From the NCBI RefSeq assembly GCF_044361645.1, contig NZ_JBIKIL010000003.1, forward strand, positions 2,623 through 66,622: DNA of 64,000 bases, in the 5' to 3' direction. Below the pieces are notes generated by a model. That model made no database searches. It was not told where the DNA came from and saw only the letters and a program-made list of their open reading frames with translations. Made by a program: the position numbers and the translations under genes. Below, piece after piece: positions 1 through 8,508 of this stretch. The DNA comes from Limnohabitans sp. Its GTDB lineage: Bacteria > Pseudomonadota > Gammaproteobacteria > Burkholderiales > Burkholderiaceae_C. Each line of letters begins with the position of its first letter. Within the stretch, counting starts at the first letter, position 1.

Positions 1-2
1 TG

Positions 3-1139
3 GGTGACTTCAGTTTTGAGCGCATCTTCAACGAGAAATACGATTTCTTTGCCGCGCTGTTTGAATACCTGATCAAGGACTACAACAAAGATAGCGGTGG
101 CAAATATGCCGAGTACTACACCCCGCACGCCGTAGCCAAGATCATGGCCGCCATCCTGGTCCCCCTTGCAGTGCGCGGCCAAGTCAGCAATGTCAGTTGC
201 TACGACCCCTCAGGGGGGTCAGGTACGTTGTTGATGAACATCGCACATGCCATTGGTGAACAGCGCTGCAGCATCTATTCGCAAGACATCTCGCAAAAGT
301 CCTCCAGCTTGCTGCGGCTGAATTTGATCTTGAACAACTTGGTTCACTCCATCCCCAACATCATTCAGGGCAACACCATGCTCCACCCGTACCACCGGGA
401 GGGCAAAGTTCTCAAGAAGTTTGATTTCATCGTTAGCAATCCGCCCTTCAAGATGGATTTCAGTGACTTTAGAAACGAGCTGGACACCAAAGAGCACCAC
501 GAGCGGTTCTTTGCCGGGGTACCCAACATTCCCAAACAGGCCTTCGACAAGATGGCCATTTACCAGCTCTTCTTGCAGCACATCATTTATTCGCTCAAAG
601 ACGGCGGCAAAGCGGCCGTGGTGGTACCCACTGGCTTCATTACTGCGCAAAGCGGCATCGACAAAGGTATTCGCCAATATTTGGTGGACAACAAAATGTT
701 GGCGGGTGTTGTTTCCATGCCCAGCAATATTTTTGCGACAACTGGCACCAACGTGTCCATCCTGTTCATTGATGCCAGCAACAAGGGTGATGTGGTGCTG
801 ATCGACGCATCGAACTTGGGCACCAAGGTCAAAGACGGAAAGAACCAGAAAACCCTACTGTCTGAGGCTGAAGAAGACCGCATCATCGCCACCTTCAACA
901 CCAAACAGGCTGTGGAAGATTTTTCGGTGGTGGTGAGTTACGCGCAAATTGCCGCCAAGAATTACAGCTTGAGTGCCGGACAATATTTCGACGTCAAGAT
1001 TGAATACACCGACCTGACACCCGCGCAGTTTGACGAAAAACTCCAAGGATTCACCACAAGGCTGGACGCTCTGTTTGAGGAATCTTCGGGGCTTGAGCAA
1101 GAAATCAAAAAACAGTTAGCGGGCTTGCGCTATGAGTAA
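3..1139 (+). CDS. hsdM: Type I restriction-modification methyltransferase subunit M (5'-truncated by window edge)
   Basis: Frame is open from position 3 (GDFSFERIFNEKYDFFAALFEYLIKDYNKDSGGKYAEYYTP...). SAM-binding motif DPSGGSG and catalytic motif IV NPPF are present; hsdS follows. Confidence 0.93.
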   Translation, partial: GDFSFERIFNEKYDFFAALFEYLIKDYNKDSGGKYAEYYTPHAVAKIMAAILVPLAVRGQVSNVSCYDPSGGSGTLLMNIAHAIGEQRCSIYSQDISQKSSSLLRLNLILNNLVHSIPNIIQGNTMLHPYHREGKVLKKFDFIVSNPPFKMDFSDFRNELDTKEHHERFFAGVPNIPKQAFDKMAIYQLFLQHIIYSLKDGGKAAVVVPTGFITAQSGIDKGIRQYLVDNKMLAGVVSMPSNIFATTGTNVSILFIDASNKGDVVLIDASNLGTKVKDGKNQKTLLSEAEEDRIIATFNTKQAVEDFSVVVSYAQIAAKNYSLSAGQYFDVKIEYTDLTPAQFDEKLQGFTTRLDALFEESSGLEQEIKKQLAGLRYE

Positions 1140-2553
1140 GTTTGGCCAAGAGAACAGCACCACCGAATTCAAACGCCAGCTCAACGATGCGCTGGAAAAA
1201 GAAGTGGTGGCTTTTCTCAATTCAGCCAAGGGCGGCGATCTGTACATCGGCGTGGATGACGACGGTGAAGTGCTGGGCGTCAGCGATGTGGATGCCCAGA
1301 TGCTGGCGATTTCTGACCGCATCCGGAACAATATCTTGCCCTCCTGCTTGGGGTTGTACGACGTGTATGCGCAGGAGCACGAGGGCAAGACCATCATTCA
1401 TGTGGTGGTGACACGCGGCACCGAAAAACCCTATTACCTCAAACGCTACGGTCAATCACCTGCAGGATGTTTCACCCGGGTAGGCAGCGGCGTGCAGCCC
1501 ATGACCACGGGCATGATTGACCAGCTCTACGCCGGGCGGGTTCGCCACTCGTTGCGCAACATCCCCGCGCCGACCACGCTCAAACTCACGTTCCAGCAGT
1601 TGAAGATTTATTACCAGGAAAAAGGCTTCGAGATCAACGACACCTTTTTGCACAACCTCGATCTTTACGTACCCGACAGCGAACGCCTGAATTACGCCGC
1701 CTACTTGCTGGCGGATACCAACAGCATTTCCATCAAGGTCGCCAAATATGCAGGCACCGACAAGTGCGACCTGATAGAAAACCAGGAATACGGCTACTGC
1801 TCACTGCTCAAGGCGACGCACCGTGTGCTCGACAAGCTCGAAATCGAAAACCGCACCCTGACGCGCATCACTGGCGCGGCAGAGCGAGAGCAACGCCGCT
1901 TGTTCAACGCTCGTGCCCTGCGCGAAGCGCTGATCAACGCGATCATCCACAACGACTACACGGCCGAGGTGCCACCGCTGGTTGAGATTTACGCCGATCG
2001 CCTCAGCATCACCTCTTATGGCGGGCTATTGAGCGGGTTGAGTCTGGAGGAATGCCTGAGTGGCCGATCCATGCCACGCAACCGTGAACTGATGCGGGTG
2101 TTTCGCGACATGGAACTGGTCGAGCACCTGGGCTCGGGCATGCGGCGCATCTTGAGCGCCTATGACAGCCACATCGTGCACATTAGCGAGCACTTTTTTG
2201 AACTGCGTTTTCCGATGGCGTCTGAAGCCCTGGCGCTTATCCCCGAAGTGGCAGAGTCAGGGGCAGAGTCAGGGGCAGAGTCAGGGGCAGAGTCGTTATC
2301 GCAAAAAATTCTGCCACTTCTTCGCGACGCCGCTTTATCCAAGTCCGAACTCTCAAGCCAATTGGGCCTTAAGTCGGTCACTGGCGCACTGAACCGCGCA
2401 GTCAACGTGCTGCTGGAAGCCCATTGGATTGAAAGAACCCTGCCCGATAAACCCCAAAGCCGCCTGCAAAAATACCGGCTGACGCAGGCGGGGTTGCAGT
2501 GGATGGATACATCTGGGAAACAAGATACGGCTGGTCGGGGTGAAAAATGCTGA
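1132..2553 (+). CDS. AlbA_2/Schlafen-domain protein with HATPase_c_4-like middle region and C-terminal winged-HTH (often annotated as RecG-like or transcriptional regulator)
   Basis: N-terminal ENSTTEFKR...EVVAFLNSAKGGDLYIGVDDDG; middle ALREALINAIIHNDY...VEIYADRLSITSYGGL and RNRELMRVFRDMELVEHLGSG; C-terminal PDKPQSRLQKYRLT. Overlaps the hsdM stop and the hsdS start. Confidence 0.82.
   Translation: MSKFGQENSTTEFKRQLNDALEKEVVAFLNSAKGGDLYIGVDDDGEVLGVSDVDAQMLAISDRIRNNILPSCLGLYDVYAQEHEGKTIIHVVVTRGTEKPYYLKRYGQSPAGCFTRVGSGVQPMTTGMIDQLYAGRVRHSLRNIPAPTTLKLTFQQLKIYYQEKGFEINDTFLHNLDLYVPDSERLNYAAYLLADTNSISIKVAKYAGTDKCDLIENQEYGYCSLLKATHRVLDKLEIENRTLTRITGAAEREQRRLFNARALREALINAIIHNDYTAEVPPLVEIYADRLSITSYGGLLSGLSLEECLSGRSMPRNRELMRVFRDMELVEHLGSGMRRILSAYDSHIVHISEHFFELRFPMASEALALIPEVAESGAESGAESGAESLSQKILPLLRDAALSKSELSSQLGLKSVTGALNRAVNVLLEAHWIERTLPDKPQSRLQKYRLTQAGLQWMDTSGKQDTAGRGEKC
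2251..2294 (+). repeat. 12-bp tandem repeat (GCAGAGTCAGGG)x3.7 encoding an AESG linker
   Basis: Copies at 2251, 2263 and 2275, plus a partial copy at 2287-2294; in frame. Confidence 0.95.
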
Positions 2554-3839
2554 GTAAGTCAATCTCGTCTCTTGCGAAGCGTGTCTCAAGCGGACTGACA
2601 CCATTGCGGAGCAACCCCGAGTTTTGGTTGGCCGGTACGATTCCTTGGTTAAAAACTGAACAGCTTGGTGAGAAGTTCATTTACAGCACAACCGAGAAAA
2701 TATCCAAGATCGCGCTCAAAAAAACCAGCATCAAGATATGTCGGCCAAACACCTTAACCATCGCCATGTATGGGGAGGGAAAGACGCGCGGGAATGTGTC
2801 AATCATCAAGAGCGAAATGGCGACGAATCAAGCGTGCTGCAACATCGAACTTGATCCGGAGCTGGCTGATTTTGAGTATGTTTACTATTTCCTGAAAACC
2901 CAGTACAACGAACTTAGGAGTCTTTCCTCTGGTGTTCGAAAGAACTTGAATTCGGAGGACATCAAAAATTTTGTTATCCGTCTTCCCCAAGAGCTGAAAG
3001 ACCAAAGGAAAGTCGCAGCCGTTCTATCTGCCCTCGATGCCAAAATTGACTGCAACAACCGCATCAACGCCGAGCTGGAGGCAATGGCCAAGGCGCTGTA
3101 CGACTACTGGTTTGTGCAGTTCGAATTTCCCGATGCCAACGGCAAACCCTATAAATCGTCCGGCGGCAAGATGGTCTACAACGACATGCTGGGGCGTGAA
3201 ATTCCGCAGGGGTGGGTTGTTGGAGCACTATCAGATTGGATTGCCAAGGATAAAACCGGGGACTGGGGAAAGGACATGGCCGAAGGCAACTACACATTAA
3301 GCGTGGATTGCATTCGAGGAACAGATATCAACGGGCTAAACGGCAAGGGTGCTGTCGCCGCACCCACTCGTTTCATCCTCGAAAAAAACAAAGGAAAAAT
3401 CCTCGCACCTTTTGACTTGGTTATCGAGATCTCAGGTGGCAGTCCCACCCAATCAACAGGTCGGCTTGCATTGATGACTTCCGAGTCAATCAAGCGGTTT
3501 TCCCGGCCAGTGATCTGTTCGAATTTTTGCAAAGCCATATCGTTGAAAAATAGCCCTTATGCATTCAACTTCGCGTATTTGTGGAAGTCAGCTTACGAAA
3601 ACAAGGTCTTATTCGGTTGGGAGGGTAAGACAAGTGGCATAAAGAATCTTTTGTTTGAAGCTTTCACAACAAAGTATGTGGTGTGCATGCCATCACAACA
3701 TTTGGCGCAAGGGTTTTTTGATTTTGTTTGCCCAATTGAAGACATGAAGCAAAAGCGCCTGAAAGAAAATGATGAGCTTGCATTATTGAGAGACTGGCTG
3801 CTGCCTCTGCTGATGAACGGCCAGGTGACGGTGGCATAA
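2547..3839 (+). CDS. hsdS: Type I R-M specificity subunit S
   Basis: Two TRDs separated by the conserved spacer DQRKVAAVLSALDAKIDCNNRINAELEAMAKALYDYWF...EIPQGW; C-terminal LRDWLLPLLMNGQV. Visibly more AT-rich than the core genes. Confidence 0.92.
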   Translation: MLSKSISSLAKRVSSGLTPLRSNPEFWLAGTIPWLKTEQLGEKFIYSTTEKISKIALKKTSIKICRPNTLTIAMYGEGKTRGNVSIIKSEMATNQACCNIELDPELADFEYVYYFLKTQYNELRSLSSGVRKNLNSEDIKNFVIRLPQELKDQRKVAAVLSALDAKIDCNNRINAELEAMAKALYDYWFVQFEFPDANGKPYKSSGGKMVYNDMLGREIPQGWVVGALSDWIAKDKTGDWGKDMAEGNYTLSVDCIRGTDINGLNGKGAVAAPTRFILEKNKGKILAPFDLVIEISGGSPTQSTGRLALMTSESIKRFSRPVICSNFCKAISLKNSPYAFNFAYLWKSAYENKVLFGWEGKTSGIKNLLFEAFTTKYVVCMPSQHLAQGFFDFVCPIEDMKQKRLKENDELALLRDWLLPLLMNGQVTVA

Positions 3840-3849
3840 GGGAGAAACC

Positions 3850-4944
3850 ATGACCAACCAACCTGCCTCTCTTGTCTCTGCCGATTACGCAGTTCTGCTC
3901 AGTGACATCAAGCAACGCGTGCGCCATGGGCAAACGCGGGCGATGCTGGCTGTCAATGCCGAGCTCATTCGTCTGTATTGGGACATCGGCTTGCTCATAC
4001 ACGCTCGCCAGCAGCAAGAAGGCTGGGGGGCTGGGGTGATTCCGCGTTTGGCGCGTGATTTACACAACGAATTGCCGGAGGAAAAGGGCTTTTCCGAGCG
4101 CAACATCAAGCGAATGCTGGCTTTTTACCGGGAATATCCGCACCTTGAATTTGTGCCACAAGCTGTGGCACAAATTGAGTCCGGGGAAAAAGTGCCACGG
4201 GTTGCGGCACTTTTCCCCATTGACCTGATTCAGTCCGTACCCTGGGGGCACCACACCGAGCTCATGACCAAGGTCAAGGACCTGGCTGCCCGCCTTTGGT
4301 ACATGCAGGCCTGCCTGGCCAATGGCTGGAGTCGCAGTATTTTGCTCATGCAGATCGAGGTTGCCGCCCATCTACGCCAAGGGCGTGCCACCACCAACTT
4401 TGCCAGTCGGATTCCGTTGCCCGATTCAGATCTGGTACAGCAAACCCTGAAAGACCCCTATCTGTTTGACTTTCTGACGCTGGCATCGGGCTTTCATGAG
4501 CGCGAACTCGAAACTGGCCTCATTGCGCATCTGGAAAAGTTTTTGCTTGAGCTGGGGCAGGGTTTTGCCTTCGTCGGACGGCAATACCATCTTGATGTCG
4601 GCGATCAGGATTTTTATGTCGACCTGCTTTTTTATCACTTGAAGCTGCGTTGCTATGTGGTGATTGACCTCAAGCGCGGTGATTTCAAGCCTGAATATGC
4701 GGGAAAGATGAATTTCTATTGCAGCGTGGTGGATGATCGACTGCGCCATGAAAGCGACAGACCCACCATCGGGCTGATTCTTTGCCAGCAACCCAACCGA
4801 GTGCTGGCGGAATATGCGCTGCGCGGCATGGACAAGCCCATAGGTGTTTCCAGTTTCGAGCTCACCCGAGCACTGCCCGAGAGTCTGGAAAGCAGCCTGC
4901 CGACCATCGAAGAAATCGAACGCGAATTGGAGGGGGACGCATGA
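3850..4944 (+). CDS. YhcG/DUF1016 PD-(D/E)XK nuclease family protein
   Basis: LYWDIG, GFSERN, KDPYLFDFL, LELGQGFAFVGRQ, DLLFYHLKLRCYVVIDLK, GKMNFY motifs. Confidence 0.9.
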   Translation: MTNQPASLVSADYAVLLSDIKQRVRHGQTRAMLAVNAELIRLYWDIGLLIHARQQQEGWGAGVIPRLARDLHNELPEEKGFSERNIKRMLAFYREYPHLEFVPQAVAQIESGEKVPRVAALFPIDLIQSVPWGHHTELMTKVKDLAARLWYMQACLANGWSRSILLMQIEVAAHLRQGRATTNFASRIPLPDSDLVQQTLKDPYLFDFLTLASGFHERELETGLIAHLEKFLLELGQGFAFVGRQYHLDVGDQDFYVDLLFYHLKLRCYVVIDLKRGDFKPEYAGKMNFYCSVVDDRLRHESDRPTIGLILCQQPNRVLAEYALRGMDKPIGVSSFELTRALPESLESSLPTIEEIERELEGDA

Positions 4945-5735
4945 GCGAGCGATTTTCCAGCCACGGCAAACCCGGGCGCAAAAAGACCGAAGTCTCTCTC
5001 GTCCGTTCCTCTGCAGCGGAATATCTGACCTTTGTTGCGGCCAGTGGGCAGGGCGGTGTGGAGGCCATTTACGCCGATGAGAGCATCTGGTTGACTCAGA
5101 AAATGATGGGACAGCTGTACGACGTAGAAACCCAAACGATCAACTATCACCTCAAAAAGGTGTTTTCTGACAATGAGTTGCAAGAGTCTTCAGTTATTCG
5201 AAAATTTCGAATAACTGCCGCCGATGGCAAGAGCTATGACACACAGCACTACCACTTGAGCGCCATCACAAAACAAGCTGCATTGGGCCATTCATGGGCA
5301 GACTGCTGCCGAAGTGGTCTACCACCGTGCCAATGCGAGCAAGGACCAGATGGGGCTGACCTCGTGGAAGGATGCGCCGCTGGGCAAGATTCAGAAATTT
5401 GATGTGGTGGTGGCCAAGAACGACCTGAGCGAGTCGGAAATGGCGCAGCTCTGCGCCTGGTCAACGCCTATCTGGATGTGGCCGAAGACATGGCTCAACG
5501 CAAAATACCCATGACCATGCAGGATTGGGAAACCCGACTCAACCGCTTCATAGAGGCGACTGATGGCGAAGTGCTCCAGGATGCTGGCAAGGTGACGTCG
5601 GAAATCGCCAAGGCGCATGACGAAAGCGAGTTTGAGAAATACCGCATCGTGCAGGACCGTTTGTTTGAAAGCGACTTTGACCGCTTGGTCAGGCAGATCG
5701 GGCAGGACGGTTCGGAAGCCGACGGCACTGACTGA
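4941..5735 (+). pseudogene. RhuM-family (virulence RhuM) pseudogene with an internal deletion and two frame disruptions
   Basis: Starts MSERF...SSAAEYLTFVAA...IWLTQKMMGQLYDV...HYHLSAI. It then jumps at ~5268 into another frame (QNKLHWAIHGQTAAEVVYHRANA...), shifts again at ~5452 (RLVNAYLDVAEDMAQRKIPMTMQDWETRL) and ends FESDFDR...TGA at 5735. Confidence 0.85.
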
Positions 5736-5770
5736 ATTTGGCTACTGTGCCAGCAGGCACAATCTCGCCC

Positions 5771-6322
5771 ATGACCGACATGACTTCCCCCGAAATCGCC
5801 GATACCGTGCGCTGGCTTGAACGCGCTGTCATCGGTTTGAACCTGTGCCCCTTTGCCAAAGCCCCGCATGTCAAGGGCCAGATCCATTACGTGTTGAGCG
5901 AGGCCAAAGGCCTCGAAGGCTTGCGTGACGAGCTGATCGAACAGCTGCAGGCCTTGGCCGACACGTCTGCCCAAGAGCGCGAGACCGTGCTCTTGGTCGT
6001 GCCGCAGATGCTGCAAGATTTTTTGGCGTTCAACGATTTTCTGGACGAGGCCGATGCCGTTCTGCAAGAGCTGGACATGGAAGGCGTGTTTCAGGTCGCG
6101 AGTTTTCATCCGCAGTTCCAGTTCGAAGGCACCGAGCCGGACGACATCGGCAATTTCACCAACCGCTCGCCTTACCCCACGCTGCACCTGCTGCGCGAGG
6201 ACAGCATCGACCGGGCGGTGGAGGCTTTCCCTAAAGCCGAGATGATTTACGAGACCAACATCGAGACCCTGGACAAGCTGGGGGCTGAGGGCTGGAAAAA
6301 GCTGGATGTGGGACCGCACTGA
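5771..6322 (+). CDS. DUF1415 family protein
   Basis: WLERAVIGLNLCPFA, FQVASFHPQFQF and NRSPYPTLHLLRE motifs. ATG at 5771 chosen over the TTG at 5738. Confidence 0.85.
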   Translation: MTDMTSPEIADTVRWLERAVIGLNLCPFAKAPHVKGQIHYVLSEAKGLEGLRDELIEQLQALADTSAQERETVLLVVPQMLQDFLAFNDFLDEADAVLQELDMEGVFQVASFHPQFQFEGTEPDDIGNFTNRSPYPTLHLLREDSIDRAVEAFPKAEMIYETNIETLDKLGAEGWKKLDVGPH

Positions 6323-6325
6323 GGC

Positions 6326-6344
6326 GTTGAGGGGCGCCCTCAAC
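6326..6344 (+). terminator. Hairpin GTTGAGGG-GCG-CCCTCAAC after the DUF1415 gene, possible terminator
   Basis: Perfect 8-bp stem 3 nt after the stop; no clear U-tract. Confidence 0.35.
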
Positions 6345-6416
6345 TGAAAACAGGTTTATGGGTCATTTAATTGAATTAACCATGTATTTATTCCATTGAT
6401 TGGATAAAATACATGG

Positions 6417-7610
6417 ATGTACCCCCGACAGCCCCAGCAGAAACTCCTTCGCCTGCTGCAGCAATTTCCTGCAGTGGGTTTGCTCGGGCCGCGCCAGGCG
6501 GGCAAAACCACTTTGGCCTTTGCGCAAAAGGCGCTGCACCCCACCGCCTTGTATCTGGACCTGGAGCTGCCCTCGGCGCAGAGACAGCTGGACGACCCCG
6601 AAGCCTTTTTGATGGCCCACGCACAGCAGTTGGTGATTCTGGACGAGGTGCAGCGCATGCCCGAGTTGTTTGGTATTTTGCGTGGGGTGATCGACCAGCG
6701 CCGTCGCATGAACCAAGCCAGCGGGCAGTTTTTGCTGTTGGGCTCGGCCACCGGGGTGTTGTTGCAGCAGTCCAGCGAAAGCCTGGCCGGGCGGGTGGCT
6801 TATGTCGAGTTGCCTGCGCTGCAGGCTGCAGAGGTTTTCGCCACCCAGGCCAGCGCGGCCGACTTGAACGCTTTGTGGCTGCGTGGGGGCTTTCCCTTGT
6901 CGTGGCTGGCGTCATCCGACGCCGACAGCATGACGTGGCGGGAGGTGTTCATCAGCACCTATTTGGAGAAAGACATCCCGGCGCTGGGTCCGCGCATCCC
7001 CGCCACCACCTTGCGGCGTTTGTGGACCATGCTGGCGCACCATCAGGGTGAACTGCTGGACCAATCCAAGTTGGCTTCGGCCTTGGCCATCAGTGGTCAG
7101 ACCGTGAGCCGCTACATCGACTTGTTGTGCGACTTGATGCTGGTGCGGCGCTTGCCCGCTTGGCATGGCAACGTGGGCAAGCGCTTGATTCGCTCGCCCA
7201 AGGTGTATGTGCGTGACAGCGGTTTGGTCCATGCCCTGTTGGGTTTGTCGAATCTGGACGCCGTGCTCGGCCACCCTGTGGCCGGATCGAGTTGGGAGGG
7301 CTTTGTGGTGGAGCAGTTGGTGAACGCAGCCCCCAACGCCCAAGCCAGTTTCTACCGCACCAGCAATGGCGCTGAGCTTGACTTGGTGCTGACATTTCGC
7401 CACCAAAAAACTTGGGCCATCGAGATCAAGCGATCCAGTGCGCCCACCGTGTCCAGAGGCTTCCACCAGGCGGCCGTCGATTTGGGGGCGGTGCGCAAGC
7501 TGTTGGTGGCACCCGTTGAACAAACCTACCCCATGCAAGAACACATCGAGGTGGTCGACGTGTTGACGGCCGTCCGATGGGTGACCGAACAGGATCAAAA
7601 CAATGGCTAA
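6417..7610 (+). CDS. AAA_14 ATPase with C-terminal DUF4143 domain
   Basis: Walker A GPRQAGKT, Walker B VILDEVQ, GGFP, SPKVYVRDSG, and a C-terminal nuclease-like ELDLV...AIEIK. Confidence 0.88.
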   Translation: MYPRQPQQKLLRLLQQFPAVGLLGPRQAGKTTLAFAQKALHPTALYLDLELPSAQRQLDDPEAFLMAHAQQLVILDEVQRMPELFGILRGVIDQRRRMNQASGQFLLLGSATGVLLQQSSESLAGRVAYVELPALQAAEVFATQASAADLNALWLRGGFPLSWLASSDADSMTWREVFISTYLEKDIPALGPRIPATTLRRLWTMLAHHQGELLDQSKLASALAISGQTVSRYIDLLCDLMLVRRLPAWHGNVGKRLIRSPKVYVRDSGLVHALLGLSNLDAVLGHPVAGSSWEGFVVEQLVNAAPNAQASFYRTSNGAELDLVLTFRHQKTWAIEIKRSSAPTVSRGFHQAAVDLGAVRKLLVAPVEQTYPMQEHIEVVDVLTAVRWVTEQDQNNG

Positions 7611-8508
7611 ACAATCCATGAGCGCGCACAAAACGGCTGCAACGCCCAAGCCGCTGGACCTGGATCTGCGCCCCGGCCAGTCCATCGAATTGCTCAAAGA
7701 ACTGCACATCCTGACCCGCGAGGGCAAGCTCAACCAGGACTCGAGGCGCAAGCTCAAACAGGTCTACCACCTGTACCAGTTCGTTGAGAAATTGCTCAAA
7801 GAATTGCCTGCCAGCGACACCGGCCCCACCTTGGCCGACCATGGCGCGGGCAAGTCCTATCTGGGCTTCATCATTTACGACCTGTTTTTCAAGGCCTTGG
7901 ACCAGGGCACGATCTACGGCATCGAGACCCGCAGCGAACTGGTAGCCTCATCCCAAGCCTTGGCCCAGCGGCTGGGCTTTGGGCGCATGCAGTTCCTCAA
8001 CCTGAGCGCGGCCGAGTCGGCGCACAGCGAGGCGCTGCCTGCGCAGATCGATGTGGTCACAGCCTTGCATGCCTGCGACAGCGCCACTGACGACGCCATC
8101 GCCTTTGGCCTGCAAAAAAAAGCCCAATGCATGGTGCTGGTGCCTTGCTGCCAGGCCGAGTTGGCCCGCGCGCTCAACCGTAACAAGGCGCTGAATTTGC
8201 AGCGCACGCCATTGGCAGAACTCTGGCGTCACCCCTTGCACACCCGTGAAATGGGCAGCCAACTGACCAATGTGCTGCGCTGTCTGTACTTGGAGTCTCA
8301 GGGCTACCAAGTGACCGTGACCGAGTTGGTGGGCTGGGAACACAGCATGAAAAACGAGCTGATCTTGGCCAAGTACACCGGCCAGAAAAAGCGTGCAGCG
8401 GGCGAGCGCCTGTTGGCGTTGCTCCGTGAGTTTGGCGTGACCCAGTGCATGCAGGCGCGCTTTGCGGGTGTTTTTTTGGGCGATGCGCCCGGGCAAGACG
8501 AGCGCTAA
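7603..8508 (+). CDS. Class I SAM-dependent methyltransferase (Methyltrans_32-like)
   Basis: DHGAGKSYLGF motif I, ALHACDSATD, VPCC. Confidence 0.8.
   Translation: MAKQSMSAHKTAATPKPLDLDLRPGQSIELLKELHILTREGKLNQDSRRKLKQVYHLYQFVEKLLKELPASDTGPTLADHGAGKSYLGFIIYDLFFKALDQGTIYGIETRSELVASSQALAQRLGFGRMQFLNLSAAESAHSEALPAQIDVVTALHACDSATDDAIAFGLQKKAQCMVLVPCCQAELARALNRNKALNLQRTPLAELWRHPLHTREMGSQLTNVLRCLYLESQGYQVTVTELVGWEHSMKNELILAKYTGQKKRAAGERLLALLREFGVTQCMQARFAGVFLGDAPGQDER

Noticed and set aside
4782-4940. N-terminal extension of the 206-aa ORF 4782-5402
   Set aside because: It overlaps YhcG out of frame; the RhuM similarity begins at the ATG at 4941.
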